Notes: generated by a model not told the origin, from the sequence alone. Counted from the first letter of the stretch, positions 38,351-53,131 are shown. The stretch: 64,000 nt of DNA from Octopus sinensis (GCF_006345805.1 NC_043009.1:40982001-41046000); one strand, 5' to 3'. Numbers and translations are program-made.

Positions 38351-38514
38351 TACGACAGGCTTCTTTCAGTTTCTGTCTACCAAATCCACTCACAAGGCTT
38401 TGGTCGGCCCGAAGCTATAGTAGAAGACACTTGCCCAAGGTGCCACGGAGTGGGACTGAACCCGGAACCATGTGATTGGTAAGCAAGCTACTTACCACAC
38501 AGCCACTCCTATGC
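38087..38514 (-). mobile_element. SINE family A
   Basis: Full reverse-complement copy. Confidence 0.88.
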
Positions 38515-39055
38515 CTTGGTTGTGGTTATCTAAAAATAACCTGCAGTAGCAGCACAATAAAGTGGGGTTAGGTTGCCAGCTTAATGTGGTGGTCCCTATT
38601 GCAGAAATATATGGTAACACAGAATGCATTCCATACTCATAGCTAAATGGACTGGGGCGATATCAAGTGCTTTGATGAAGAACATAACATGCTGCCCAGA
38701 CCAAGAACAGAACACATAACTTTATGATTATAAGCCAAAGACCCTAACCACTAGACCACAAGCCTTCACACTTATCTCAGCAAGAGGATTATTGTAAAAC
38801 TGGTACATCATTATTTGTCTAACACATTACACAAGAAACTAGAATGGGAAAATGAAAAATGAAAGGAGCACACGAGTCCATTCCCACAATTAAGATAATT
38901 CTAAGAAAATTCTAGAAAAACAATACAGTCCACCCCACTTTATTTCTCGAATGGGAATTGAATTAAAATCTAGTGAAAAATGGGGGCTATTATTTAAGAA
39001 TTTGATATAACCATTCTCTTCTCATAAAAACTAGTTTTGTTTATATTAGAAACAT

Positions 39056-39087
<32 letters not shown>

Positions 39088-41159
39088 TTATGTGAGATAA
39101 ACTAACATCTGTTCTGGCCATTTAATCAAAGTTAAAATAAAATAAACAACAATTTGAATCCACTAAGCAGCTAAGTAAGTATTTAGTGTTAAGACTGCAC
39201 TGATGTGCCAGAGCAAGCTTATAGGCCAAACAGTGGATTTATTTTAATAAGTCCAACGGTTATATTTTTTTACTTTTAAATCTTTTGGTCAGAAGAGGAG
39301 GGAGTGCATGTGACCCTTTACAAGCACCCCACCCCACAAGTCTAATGAAAGGGGAAAAGAAGAGAGAAATGTATCCTTAAAGCTGAGATATGGTATGGAC
39401 GCTTGCAAATGAGAGGAATCTACAAAAAATATCAAGGGTCTCAGGTGGTGGATCAAACCTGTAGCATTCCAATTTCTCTATCAAATGTAATGTGTATTTA
39501 TTCAGATCATTTTGAATTAATCACACAGTATCTTATAGCTTTAAGATTTCAATGACGTGATGTTTTATTTAGTAGTATATAGGGTAGGTGTGAGAAGCTG
39601 GATCTGACCAGTTTGAACATAAAATAAGCAGAATATTTGGTAAAGGGTAAGGTAAGGCTACCTTCCCATGTCCTGCTGAGTTATTACGGCTGGTTCCTAG
39701 TTTCCATGGCCTATAAATTCTTCATCTGGACAGGATGCTGGTCTGTTGCAAGATTATTCATTTTTGTCAGCTGAGTGGACTGGAGCAATGTGAAATGAAG
39801 TGTCTTGCTCAAGAACACAACGCATCATGCATTGCAGGAATTGAAACCACAATCTTCCGAGCATGAGTCCAACCTTAAACACACAGCAGAATATCTGGGC
39901 CAGATATGGCCAGTTTAAATGTTAAAGAGTCAAGTCCATCACCCAAGTAAGCCCTGGTGGGAATGGAACTCAGAACACAAGGAACTGCAGCAAATACCAC
40001 AAGGCATCTGAGCAGAAATTTTTACAGTTTCACTCACCCACTACACTGGATTGGTACTTTTTTTTATTGATCCCTAGAGAATGAAAGACAATGTCAGCCT
40101 TGGCAGGATTTGAACACAAAGCGCTAAATGTCAGAATAAATCCCGTAAGACACTCAATCCAACACTCTAATGACTCTGCTTATTTGCTGAATTGTAGAAA
40201 GACAATATTTCAAACATCTCAAAGATGCAACTGAAATGAAAACAGGAGTTTTACTCTGTTGATACTAACCCAAGAGAGACCATCTTTAGTGCTATGATAT
40301 ATACTTCCTCTTGAAAGTGATCCAAAATCATAATTCCCATCCACTAATTAATGTCCCACATTTTAGTTTCAAGATGACAGCTATTTTACTAAATTCCTCA
40401 TTATTTTTCAGAATTATTTGAAACAAAGGCAGAAAATTTCAACAGAAAATGATAACAAAAGGGTAGAACCCTTTCAATACCAAACCATCTGAGACTAACC
40501 GTAATTCTATATTTTGTAAACTTTCTGTTTAAAAATTATCTAAATTAAAAACTTTCATAAAATTTTCATGTTAAATTGTTTCAAATACAGGCTTAATACT
40601 AACAAAGGTATTTGATTGAATTCTTCATTATTTTCAAAATTAATCCAAACAAGAAGCAGTCTGTTTCAACAGAAATATAGTAACAAAAAGATTAAACATA
40701 AAAAAAAAATATTATTTACTCCGTAATTAGGAGAACTAAAAAAAAAATCTATCCATGCAATCTGTCGTATCATTACATGAACATTATTTGAAGTTCAAAT
40801 TCCACCGATGTCAACTTTACCTTTTATCCCTCTAGGGTTGATAAAACGAGGTACCAGTCAAGCGCCAAGAGTGACAGTAACAAATAAACTTCCCCTTTCC
40901 CCTCAAAATTGCAACCCTTGTGTCTATGCCACAAACAACTGTTATAATATCATTAACTTGCCTTCCAGAATTTAATTGGACAACTCTATGCTCTGACTTC
41001 TAATCCTGCCAAGGTATACTTCGCTTTTCTTTCTCTAGCGGGTTGATAAAATAAAGTACCAGTCAAGTACTTTGGTCAATTTAGCTGAGAAATCCCTTCC
41101 TTCAAATTTCAGGCCTTGTGCCTCTGTTAGAGTTTAACGTTGCATTTTAATCTTTCTAG

Positions 41160-41412
41160 AATCACTAAAATGAAATACCTATTTCTTTACTACCCACAAG
41201 GGGCTAAACACAGAGAGGACAAACAAGGATAGACAAACGGATTAAGTCGATTATATCGACCCCAGTGCGTAACTGGTACTTATTTAATCGACCCCGAGAG
41301 GATGAAAGGCAAAGTCTACCTCGGCGGAATTTGAACCCAGAACGTAGCGGCAGACGAAATATGGCTGTGCATTTCGTTCGGCGTGCTAACGATTCTGCCA
41401 GCTCGCTGCCTT
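41160..41412 (-). mobile_element. SINE family C, well-preserved copy
   Basis: Reverse complement of aaggcagcgagctggcagaatcgttagcacgccgaacgaaatgc..gggttcaaattccgccgagg..gcctttcatcctctcggggtcgattaaataagtaccag. Confidence 0.88.
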
Positions 41413-41454
41413 TTAATACCATTTAATCCTAGGGTTGATATAACCTACTTTAAA

Positions 41455-41790
41455 TGAAGGCACATGGCTCAGTGGTTAGAGTGTCAGGCTCACAATCATA
41501 AGGCAGTGAGCTTGATTTCCAGACCGGGCTGAGTGTTGTGTTTTGGAGCAAGACATTATATTTTCCATTGCTCCAGTACACTCATCTGTAGAAATGGATT
41601 ACAACATCACTGGTGCCAAGCTGTATCAGCCTTTGCCTTTCCCTTGAATAATATCGGTGGCATGGAGAGGGGAGTCTGGTATGCATGGGCGACTGCTAGT
41701 CTTCCACAAAACAACCTTGCCTAGATTTGTGCCTCAGAGGGTAACTTTCTAGGTGCAATTCCATGGTCATTTATCATTGAAGGGGGCCTT
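41455..41790 (+). mobile_element. SINE family D
   Basis: gaaggcacatggctcagtggttagagtg head; body shared with 2945-3262. Confidence 0.75.
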
Positions 41791-41794
41791 TTAT

Positions 41795-42274
41795 AACGAA
41801 CCAAACACTTTCTCACAAATTTGTAGCCTTATTTTTCTTGAATTACCACCTAAACCTTGTGTATAATACGCACCTTTTCTTTAACTTGAGTTGTGAGTAA
41901 TTAAGCCAGCAGCACCTAGTTGAACAAACACTTCCACGCATGCGTAATACAATAATGGTGATAGTCTTGACTGTTATATGGGAATGTAAATATGCTTGCA
42001 AGTTGTTTTTGTTACATGTTATTCTGTATTCTGAATACTTTTAATAAATGTTGGTTACTGCAAGTTATGGATGATTCTTTTATGACTTCATTGCTTTCAG
42101 GCTTAGCTTAAGGTATTTTCGCGCATCCAAATAAACATTGCTGGACAGCAAATAGAGACTCAGACATTGCTTAGAAAATATTTTTCATTTTAAACCTCGT
42201 ATATAGTACATACTAGGGATTTTGACCTTTAAATTTTGGGGGGAAATGAGGATTATACTCGAGGATTTACGGTA
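41795..42274. mobile_element. pogo/Tigger-like non-autonomous element, right terminus
   Basis: Ends ttatactcgaggatttacggTA, a typical pogo-type terminus. The left TIR was not found; a SINE sits there. Confidence 0.4.
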
Positions 42275-43194
42275 ATTCAAAACAATATGAATAAATTACT
42301 TGGCAGAGTAATTTGAACACAAAAGGGTTAAGAACTGAATTTAATGCAGGATTTTACAGCCAGATGTTCTGTTGGTAACCCTTAACTGATTTTTAAGTAA
42401 GTGATTTCTAAGGGCTCCATAAGTACAGAATAATTGGTTGTGATGTTAACAAGGAAAGTAAACTGACCACCAGTTCCACTTAGAAGGGGACAAGCAAAAT
42501 ATCGATTTACACACACACGCACACAAATAACAAGTAAATGAATTCTTTTATTCTTTTACATGTTTCTGTCCCGAGGCTGTGGCCATGCTAGAGCATCACC
42601 AGTGTATGTAGGTATTCATATTAATTGATTTTTAGATCACAACCATTTCAACAAGAGATGGGTTAGAAAAAAATCATTTAACATTGTGAGAAACACATAC
42701 AACTAGGAACACAGATGATTATGTTGTTTTAAGCCATGTTAAATGCAGCCTGCCTGTCATTTCATCATGACTGAATGGACAAATCCTCTTTCATACATAC
42801 ATACATACATACATGCATACACACACATATACATACAAGCACATATATATACACATACGCGTATACATACACATATATACGTACGCACATATATAAATAC
42901 ACGCAAATGCATACACATACACACATATAAACATACACACACGCACAGTATATGGCTTAATTGTAAGGGTATTTGGTGATAGTTGTAAGAGATTGATTCC
43001 TGGCAGCGTGTTTTGTCTTTGAACAAGACAATTTACATCACATTCCTCCAGTTCATTCAGTTGGCAAAAATGAGTTGTATATGTAAGTCAAAGGGTCAGC
43101 CTTGTTACATTCTGTATCATGCTGAATCTCCCTGAGAACTACACTAAGAGTACACCAACAGAGTGCTCTATTTGATACACACACACACATATAC

Positions 43195-43225
<31 letters not shown>

Positions 43226-43372
43226 CGTCTAACCCATGCTGGCATGGAAAGTGGACGTTGAACAATGATGATGAATATATATATATATATATATATATAT
43301 AATGTATGTACGTATGTTTAAGTATGTGAGTATGTAAAGCTATCCATACGTATATGAGCGTGTGTGTGTGTG

Positions 43373-43408
<36 letters not shown>

Positions 43409-43455
43409 TCATATATATATATATATATATATATATAACACACATATACACACAT

Positions 43456-43487
<32 letters not shown>

Positions 43488-45744
43488 AAGAAAGAAAGAA
43501 ATACATAGATAGAGATATAAATGTATACACACACACATTATGAACTTCTTTCAGTTTCCATCTACCAAATTCATCCACGTGACACTAGTCAGCCTGACGC
43601 TATGAGCAGAAGACACTTGCCCAAGTTGCTGCACAGTGAAGCCGAACCCGAAACCACACACTTATGGAGCTACACAGTCGCATCCATGCCATATTAGTAA
43701 TTATTAACTTAATAGCCGTAGTCTTTGTCTAGAACAGTTATTATAAGATCATTATTTTGCGTATTTAATTATACTCATTACCAGGAAAGAACCAACAAAA
43801 GCGTTTACACAAATCACACCAACAGATAGGTTTCAGTGAATAGATCTCATTATATAGTAACCAGATGCTTATACAATCATATTCTCATTGAATTAATTTG
43901 TATAATTAATTTGTATCTACTAATTTCAGTGATACAAAAAAAAAGAAAAAATGACTAAATAACAGAAGAAATCTAAGAGATGTAGACAGAGAGAGAGAAG
44001 TCACTGAAATTAGCAGGAAACATAGAAATTGTTAGTCCTAATGATGGCAATGAAATGTTAGTATTTAATGCTAGTATAATAATGATTGCAGGCACAATAC
44101 ATTACAAGAGTTCTGTCATGCACTGCAACAATGGCAGTGGTTGAGGCAGTCTATTCTATGCTTGGAACACACAGATGTCAAATGATGATGTTGTTTGAAA
44201 AACTATAGCAAGATTCATTTGGTCCTTCATACATATTATTGCTATTGTCACGAGGATTCGCTTTTGTTTAGAAGTGAAGAAAAGGAAGCAAGGTTGGGTG
44301 GATGATTGTCAAAGCTTTTGAGTTAAGATTTCTCAGAGACTGGCAGAGACTATTGAAGTGAATGCTATACAGAAAGAATCTGGTGGAAAGGCAACAATAG
44401 AAACTAGCACTGATGGGTCATGATGGATTTCTGGGACAATAAATCCCAAAGAAATTACTCACACTTCACCAGCAGCAACCTATAGCAATCTATTTCCCCA
44501 TCTCTGCAGGGCAGCTCATAAAGACAAGCGAAAAATAACAATAGAGGAAGAAACGCCATTCAAATTTTTCAACAGCCAACTGTTGATGGTAAAGATTTTG
44601 GTGAAAGCAACAAATAAGTGAAGAGGACAAAGGAGATTTAGAAAATAATCCAGCATTATGTTGACTCTAGAATCAACTCCATTGTGCTGGCAATCACAAG
44701 AGAGAGAGAGAAAGATAGAAATATATAGATAGTTATATAGACAGAAAGATGGATAGATGGAGTTAGATAGTGAGAGAGACAGAGATTTCAAGTCTTCCTA
44801 CAAACATGTTGCAGGTGTGTAGATTTAAACAAATAAAATATTATGTAACACAGAAAGCAGTTATTCAATGCTGTATTGTAAAGGTAAGTAATGGAAAAAT
44901 AACACACCTACACATATAAATGCAACTGAAGGAGGGGAAGGTGGCGAAAAAAAAAAAACCACACACACACCACATATTCAATAAATTTCACTGTATTCAT
45001 GTTTTTTTTTTCTCCTCAATTCATTCAAGAGAAATAGTTATAATAATAATCATCACCATCGCTTAACATCCACTCTTCCATACTCGCATGGATCAGACAG
45101 AATATGTTGAGGCAGATTTTCTATGCTTGGATGCCCTTCCTGTCCCCAACCCTAGTGTGACTTGTGTGACAGTGATGCTCATTTACTATCATCATCATCA
45201 TCTATAATATAAATTGGACATGGGCGAGCGTTGTATTCTTTATTGTCTTGAGGTTCACAGCCAAACGGTTAGGTGAATTCATGTGAAAAATGGCACACAT
45301 GTGGATACGGGAGCATAGATTGGAATGCAGTTTGTATTTTTTTCCTAGCCTCCATAGTTACTGAGAAATTGATTAACTTTCTATGCTCATAATTAAATAA
45401 ATCTTTTAATGATTAGACAGAGGTCCACTACAATAGCTCTCAGAAACAGACTACGTACAAATTCTTTCTTCACAACTTGTGAAGCTGTTTTGTGACGGTG
45501 GAAGGGGAAGGAATTTTCATACAGCTGGGGACCCGAAATTATAATGTTGAGAAAAGTTGTTATAGATTATGCCTAACCAAAAACGATCAAAGCCAGATCA
45601 TCCAAACAGACCGGGTGAAACCGGTCTTAACTGCTAATCATATATCAAAACAAAGACACAAACACATACTCTCACACGCACATACATATTGGAAGCTTCT
45701 TTCAGTTTCTGTCTACCAAATTCATTCACAAGGGAATCTTTAAT

Positions 45745-46320
45745 GGTAGTAAATAGTTTCTCTTACCTAGATGACCTAATTTGTAGTGAAGAAGAATGTT
45801 CTGTAAATGTAGATTTAAAACAATACAATACAAAGCAGTTGGAGAAAGTTCAGAGAGTTATGACCATAATTGGTACAAAAGACTTTTATCTCAGAGTAAA
45901 AGACTGTATGGTGCTTACATATGAACAGCAATGCTACATGAGAGTGAAATGTGGGGCAAGAATGCAAAAGACTTGCAATGATTAGAAAGGAATGAAGCTA
46001 GCATGCTTCACTGGGTGTGCAACATGTGTGCATATACAATGAAGTGCAAATGTGCTGAGAGAAAAAGGCTATGTTGACTTGGTTATGTAATGTATAAAGA
46101 TGAGGACAGTAGGACACAGAAGTGCTGACCAGCAAATGTGATGGGTGGAACTTGTAGAGGAGAGAGATGTAAGTAAAAATGAGACGAAGTAGTGGAGACA
46201 GACCTCAGATTTTTGAGCCTCATAGAGGAGATGTCAAAGAACTGAGATGATTTGTGATTCATTGTACTCAAGAAGACCCATCCATCTCATCAAAAATGGA
46301 GTTTTAAAAGCATATCATAA
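45745..46320 (+). mobile_element. Highly decayed RTE-type LINE fragment
   Basis: VVNSFSYLDDLI..TKDFYLRVK.. and ..LCXLGYVMYKDEDS.. resemble the RTE C-terminal region; many indels. Confidence 0.5.
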
Positions 46321-47671
46321 ATGTCTATGGTTCTGCACTCAGTTTGTCCAAGTCAACCTTACCCCAAGACACATGGCATTATTTACTCCACTGCTGTGAT
46401 TATATGAGTGTATCGCTGCACATATTCCATCCCTCCTTTTGTATAACCAGTTATCTCTCTCCTATGAATCATTTCCTTTGTCACCTATTCTGCACTATCA
46501 ACATTATCACTTATCACTTTATTTTCTACAGAATGCCTCTTTCCTCTGAACACACCCTCATATCTGTCAATTACCATATCCACTCCTATGTGCCTCTGAC
46601 CGCCAGCACTGTTGCTGTGCATTTTTACTCCTGCAGCATTTCACATCATATACTGTTATTTCCCTTAACTATCCACAATTCTATCATACTGTTCCTCCTC
46701 CAGCTCCTTCCTTTCTTATGTATTGCCACTTATTACCATCTCCCTGGCCCACTCCTATTTTCCTTTATCTTACCACAAACTGAGACTCACCATTAATCAC
46801 ATCACCCTTTTCACCATTCCCTGCTATCCCCAATCTTTTGCAGTCTGTCACTCTCCACTCAATCATCTTCAATTCTCTATCCCTATTCTCACTTTATCTA
46901 CCATCTTTTAGCTTGAGAGTATGCCCTGATACCTCATCTCCACCATCATTTCTCCCTTTCCTCCTGAGGCAGCCATGTAACCCCTCCACAGTAAGAAACC
47001 TGTTTCTGCTCCTCTATTATACTTTAACCACTCAATACCCAACATAAATCCACATCCCTCAATACTGCACCACAACCCAATCAAGAGATCTTATCTTGTG
47101 AATTACTTGTTGATCTCACTAGTATTGGGGGCCCTATAGAAAGCATACGGTATATTCAGTAAAGTGGTTGGTTGTTAGGAAGGGAAAGCAGCCATAGAAA
47201 ACATGTCAAAGCAAATATAGATTTCAAATTTCGACACAAGGCCAGCAATTCTGGGTGATGGGGAAAGTTGATGACATCAATCCCAGTTCTCAACTGGTAC
47301 TTTTTTTTTTCATCAACCCCAAAAGGATGAAAGGTGAAGTCAACCCTGGGGGAATTTGAACTCAGGACGTAGAGATGGACGAAATGCTGCAAAGCATTCA
47401 GCTCGACTTGGTAAGAAATCCGCCTGTTTGCAGAAATCATGTCAAAGCAAATATTGAAGTTCAACACAAGTCTTCTGGCTTGCTGAATCCTGTTCAACCA
47501 TCCAACTCATGAAAAAACAGACATTCAATGGCTATGATGGCAATGATGATGCTGCATATGATAACAACATTTAAGTATCCTCATTTCAAAAAATAATCAT
47601 TCAAATTTCATATTTTGTAATATCATTAAAAATAATTTTCCCTCAGCTTACACGCATCTGATTTGCATATC

Positions 47672-47958
47672 ATCATCATTTAACCTCCACTTTCCATGCT
47701 AGCATGGGTTGGACGATTTTGACTCTGAGGGCTGGCGAACCAGATGGCTGCACCAGGCTCCAATCTTGATCTGGCAGAGTTTCTACAGCTGGATGCCCTT
47801 CCTAATGCCAACCACTCCGAGAGTGTAGTGGGTGCTTTTTACGTGCCACCGGTACGGGGCCAGTCAGGCGGTACTGGCAATGATCTCGCTCGAGTCTTTT
47901 TACACATGCCACCAGCACAGGTGCCAGTAAGGCGACGCTGGTAACGATCACGCTTGAA
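47672..47958 (-). mobile_element. SINE family B, well-preserved
   Basis: catcatcatttaacctccactttccatgctagcatgggttggacg..gatgcccttcctaatgccaacc. Confidence 0.85.
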
Positions 47959-49153
47959 CTTTTGGAAACCATCTACAATATACACACACCAAGTGACCAG
48001 TAGCATATTTCTGCACTTTGCTGTCGACAGTAACCTCCATGCAGTCAATATTCGTAAAGTCTTGATGGACCGTTGTTATTAATGTAAGTATGTTTTGTGC
48101 AGAAAGACAGTTACATTAGTGATAATAAATGTATAGATGTATTTTATTTCATAATTGAAGATGGCAGTATTTTTAGCATTCTGTTTGCTTGAGCATAAAT
48201 ATTTCAAATGCCTTTGCTGTAAAGCATTGGCAGAGAGTTTGATTCGCTGAGAATAAACTTATCAAAAATTATTCTAACCGTATCTTTGTTACTTATATTT
48301 CGCTATTTTGCCATTGGGCTTTGTGTCATTCCTTTCTTATTTCCATTCCTACACACACACACACACACATAGATAAACAGATAGATGGAAGAATGGATGG
48401 ATAAATAGACAGTAAACGAAAGTGTGAGAGAGAGACAGACACTCAGGCAGATAGACACAAACAGCTCGACAGATATGTATGTATATTAAAATAATAATAT
48501 CTCAGCTTGTGTAGTTAACCAAACACAAAAGAGTTGCTGTATTTTGTACTTCAAACTGCCAAGGTATTATTTTCCTAATATCTAATTCAAAAATTCTGCC
48601 GTCTTCATTGCTGGAGAGTTATTTTTCCATAGAATCACGACAGATTTTCTCCTGGGGGAAGAAAGATATTTGTTGCAAATCTACTGTTTTTCCACAGATA
48701 TCGGTGCTGCATCTGATCCTCTCTGACCTCCAAGTGTTTGCCATTCAGTGTGTGATTGCCTTGCTAGCTTTGGGCTCTAGGCATTCATGCCGATTCTGAC
48801 TGTCAGGTTTTTGAAATCTTGTTGGAAAAATCGCAAAGCGGGTGAATTCTTCGATCTTTCACAAACAATATACTGATTATTGTTGTTGTCCATCAATAGT
48901 CTTTTTGTTATTTTATTTTTGGCATTTTTTAGACAAAAATATCCATAATATTAGTTTGTGCTGTGAAAGGAAGTGTAAATCACTGAGATGGCGGTGACAG
49001 CCAAGCTGTTGTTAGTGTGCCAGTAAGCATTGTGCACAGAGAAAAGACGATATGTTCATATATATGCGTGTAATATATACATATACAGAGAGGTATACCT
49101 ATATATATATTCATATATAAATATATGTGTATATATATATATTCAAATATAAA

Positions 49154-49185
<32 letters not shown>

Positions 49186-49394
49186 CAAATATATATATGA
49201 GTATACATATATACATACACATACATATATATACACATTTATACATTCATATGCATATACATGTGCATGTATATATAGAGGGAGACAGATGGAAACACAT
49301 ATTAATACACATATGTCCATAAATACACACACAAGCATTATATATGTATGTGTATATGTAAATATCTATACACATACAGGTATGTGTGTTTATG

Positions 49395-49439
<45 letters not shown>

Positions 49440-49689
49440 ATATTTCTCAGAATCGGAGAGAGAGAAAGAGAAAGCAAAAGAAGGAGACACAAAGAGAAAG
49501 GAGATGCCAGAACAAAAGAAAATCGCCAATGTAATAGGCCGAGGCAAAATCCAGCTTCTTTTCAGCCAGACACGTATAACAATAACGAACATTTTCGTTG
49601 ATGAGTTGTTTAGCTGGTTTGTTGCAAGGAACAAGAGCCACTTATTGTTCATTGTATTCTATGGAATTTTCATATTCGATTCCTCCTAT

Positions 49690-50600
49690 AATTTTTGTTA
49701 TTGTTTTTATTATTATTATTTTTTTTTCTTTCTTCATTTTATTCTTCCCTTTCGCTATTTTTTTTCTTGACATTTAATATGTTTCTTGTTAACAATTGGC
49801 ATCAATCTTCTCCTTTTTTACTCCATTTGGATTTCCCTTTTTCTCTTCATGCCATTTTTGTTTGTCTTCCATTTTCTGATTCTCTTAACACTTCGTGTTT
49901 ACATTTTGATGATTTATTTATCTATTTATTTATATTTACATTTACGTTTCTCCTTCTACTACTACTCCTCCTCCTCCTCCTCCTCTTCATCTTCATGATT
50001 TTTTTCTGTTCCCCCTCTCTTCTTCTATATCCTTTTTCTTCTTCACTTGTCATTTTCTCCTCTGTTCTTCTCCATCTTTTTTCTGCTCCTCCTCTTCTTC
50101 TTTTTCTTCATTTCTTCTTTTTGTTTTAGTTCCCTCTTTTTTCTCTTCCCCTTTTTCTTCACCTTCATGTTTTCTTCTCCTGTTCCATATCCTTTTTCTT
50201 CTTCACATGTCATTTTCTCCTTCTCTTTTCTCTTCTGCATCTTTTTTCTGCACTTCCTCCTCTTCCGTTTTCTTCATACATTTTCTCTTCTTTTTTAGCC
50301 ACTGCTTCCTTCTCTTCCCTTTCTTTATTTGTTTTCTTCTTTTTTTCCTCCTCCACCTCTTCTTCCTATGTCTTCCCTACTTCCTCCTCTGCTTCTTTTT
50401 CTCCTCTGCCATCCCTTCCTCACCACCATCAACATCATAATAATGATTGTCATCGTTTTTGTTGTCGTCAGCATCATAAGCATCATCATCATCCCCATCA
50501 TTCTTCCCCTCTTCCTCAATATCTGTCCTTCGTTTGATTATAGTATATTTGTTTGCCTCATCTCATCACCCCCTCACTCCCCACCCCCCTCGACTTGATT
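49690..50600. repeat. ~900-bp pyrimidine-rich (CTT/CT/CCT) low-complexity tract
   Basis: Strong strand asymmetry; explains the F/L/S-rich ORFs here. Confidence 0.9.
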
Positions 50601-51813
50601 TCAAGCTAGGTGGAGGGAGAGGGGCAGGTGGAGACATAGGGATTTTGTGTACAGGGCTCACTTGTCTTTTAAGCAAACAACAATAAAAGAATATGTAATA
50701 CACATCAGGATACGGATTTTTTTTTTTTAAAGATATTTTTCTTGCATTATTCTATCATTTTTTTTTTAATGTTTGTTTATTTGTTTGTTTTTCTTTTTCT
50801 TTATATTCAACATTCAACAAAAATGCATTCAGTTATGATTTCTACACCTGATAAATTTGGAAAAAAAATAAAAAGTAAAAAATAATCCTTCCAAAAATAA
50901 ATGATATACACATCTTGTTTGCTTATCCTGTGTTTAATATCTCTCCGTGAGTTGTTGCATGCATGTCAGCATACATACATATATGCACATACTCATCTTT
51001 TGTGTGTGTGTGTGTGTGTGGGCATTCATGTGTTCATAAGTTAAAGTATATCAATTCCTCGGATCATTTACATCATGTCATGCAATTCTACTAAATGAAG
51101 ATGCCATAACAACTAACAGGCTTTCCATTAGGCAACCAGGTACGTTTTACACATGTATTTTATACGATAGCTGTAAAACACACCACCTATCATCATCATC
51201 AGGGCCAGTGCTAGGAAGTGCAGTGCCTAATTAGAGAATTGTCAGTGGGGCCCTCTACTCTACAAAAGCTAAAGATCGATGTTTTATGCTTCATGTAGTA
51301 TGCCAGTCTAAGCCAAAAAGCATTGAAAGTTTGAGGATTTTTTGTATATCATTTGCCAGTGATATACAAAAAATTCATCGTAGTGTCTTTCGCTCGAACA
51401 TGTGTGCAGGGCCTCATTTGAAGAAATCTGTCTAACTGATTTAAAATCAGCCCTGGTCATCAACATTGTTTTAACATCCACTACTGTGCTAGCATTTTCT
51501 TGAACAGACTTCTGCTTAACCAGAGTAGTTTTGTAATAGTTCTTCAGATTATCTCGTAGCATGTTGCCTAATCTGAAAATCTGTTCTGTTTATTGGGATT
51601 ATTATTATTATCATCATAATTATTATCCCATCAAGTTCAATTTTGCCACTCATCCTTTTGGGGTCAATAAATTAAGTACCAGTGAAACACTGGGGTTGAT
51701 GTAATTGACAATTCCCCTCAAAACAAATTTTAGGCCTTGTGCCTTTAGTAGAAAAGATTATTATCTTATCTGTCAGCTGAGTCTGTAGTGATGATCATCC
51801 CACTGTTTTCCTT

Positions 51814-52364
51814 TGCCTGGTGACTGTGGTGAAAGAGGTTTAGTGGACATGGCTGAAAGGCAAGAGGTCAGACACATTCCTCTTTGGTAGAGCTTTCATT
51901 GACTTCTTCAAGATGCACTTGAAAAGGAAATTGAGAGTGGAGAGGGAAGTGCTGTCCTTGAGTGAGTTTATTGAAAGGCGGATGAAAGTTGCGAAAATGG
52001 CAAGAGTGGATGGTACCTAAGTGTAGAGGTGTGAGTCGGAGAGAAGGAATTGGAGAAGGCACTTGCTCCTGGAGTTTCAGGGAAATCTTGGACAGTGGGG
52101 TTCCTTGATTATCCCTAGAGGCCTTTCTGTATCAGGAGGGCCACATCTTTATCATCCGTCCTGCCACTTTTTCTTTTTCTTTAAAACCTTTGTACACTAT
52201 GCATATGTCACTTGTTATTCGGTGTATAGTGTGAATACTTCGTTTAAAAAATTTTTTTAATCATTTCATATGTAAACTCCCACATTTTATGTCTTTGTAT
52301 TGTCCCTCTCATACTTTGCTCATGTGGCAAATAAATGAAATTATTATTATTATTATTATTATTA
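51814..52364 (+). mobile_element. Tx1/L1-type LINE 3' end
   Basis: CLVTVVKEV*WTWLKGKRSDTFLFGRAFIDFFKMHLKRKLRVEREVLSLSEFIERRMKVAKM..*, then AATAAA at 52330 and an (ATT)n tail. Confidence 0.65.
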
Positions 52365-52821
52365 TGGCAGTGAACTGGCAGAATCATTAGCATGCCAGTA
52401 GCGTTTCATCCGTCCTTATGTTCTGAGTTCAAATTTTGCTGCGGTTGACTTTCCTTTTCATCCTTTCAAGGTTGATAAATTAAGTACCAGTTGAATACTG
52501 CTGTTGATGTAATTGGCTTACACTCTCCTCTGAACTAGTTGGTCCTGTGCCAAAGATATGAAATCATCATTATTATCATTATTATGTTGCAAGTTCAAAA
52601 CCCACCGAGGTCAACTTTGTTTTTCATCCTTTTGGGGTTTTGCATATATTCACCAGATTGGTAGGTAGTCAAGTGACTGGCAGCATTCTTGAAGTGAGAA
52701 TTGTAAATGTTTAGACCAATTATGATACAAGACTAAAAAAGCCTTGAACCCTCCTTATTTCTGATACCATACTCTTACCTGTAGCCTCAATGTTAGTGTG
52801 AACAATCATAATGGTTTAACC

Positions 52822-53131
52822 CAGTGGTTCCCAAAGTGGGCAGTATTGCCCTCCTGGGGGTGGTGGAAAGTTCCAAGGGAGTATTGAATAAATGTGGGGC
52901 AATAATGGGGTAGTGATTCATGTAAAAAGTTGGGGGATAATGGGGTAGCAATTCATGTAAAAACAACAAAATATTGGGCTTGTTAGGTTAAGTTTTATTC
53001 GTGAAATACAGTTGCTTTCAATTTGCTTCAAAAAGCAGTCTATGTTTCTGATGATTACTTGGGGCAGGGGTGCTAGGAATGTGGCCTGGGTGTCAAGGGA
53101 GCGGCAACCTGAAAAAGTTGGGGAACCACTG
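52822..53131. mobile_element. hAT (Charlie-like) MITE, 310 bp
   Basis: TIRs CAGTGGTTCCC / GGGAACCACTG; 8-bp flanks GTTTAACC (52814-21) and GTTTAAAC (53132-39), one mismatch. Confidence 0.85.

Noticed and set aside
19562-44588. Isolated plus-strand exon-like segments at 19562-19605 (MRNEYEENSLVFPE), 20241-20322 ([27 protein letters not shown]) and 44510-44588 (AAHKDKRKITIEEETPFKFFNSQLLM)
   Set aside because: Their phases do not chain and no homology is recognisable; such pseudo-exons are expected by chance in 64 kb.
51200-51562. ORF 51308-51562 as a host gene
   Set aside because: It adjoins a CAGGGCC hAT-like terminus and has only a faint TCSSER resemblance to the hAT C-terminus. Probably a transposon relic, too weak to list.
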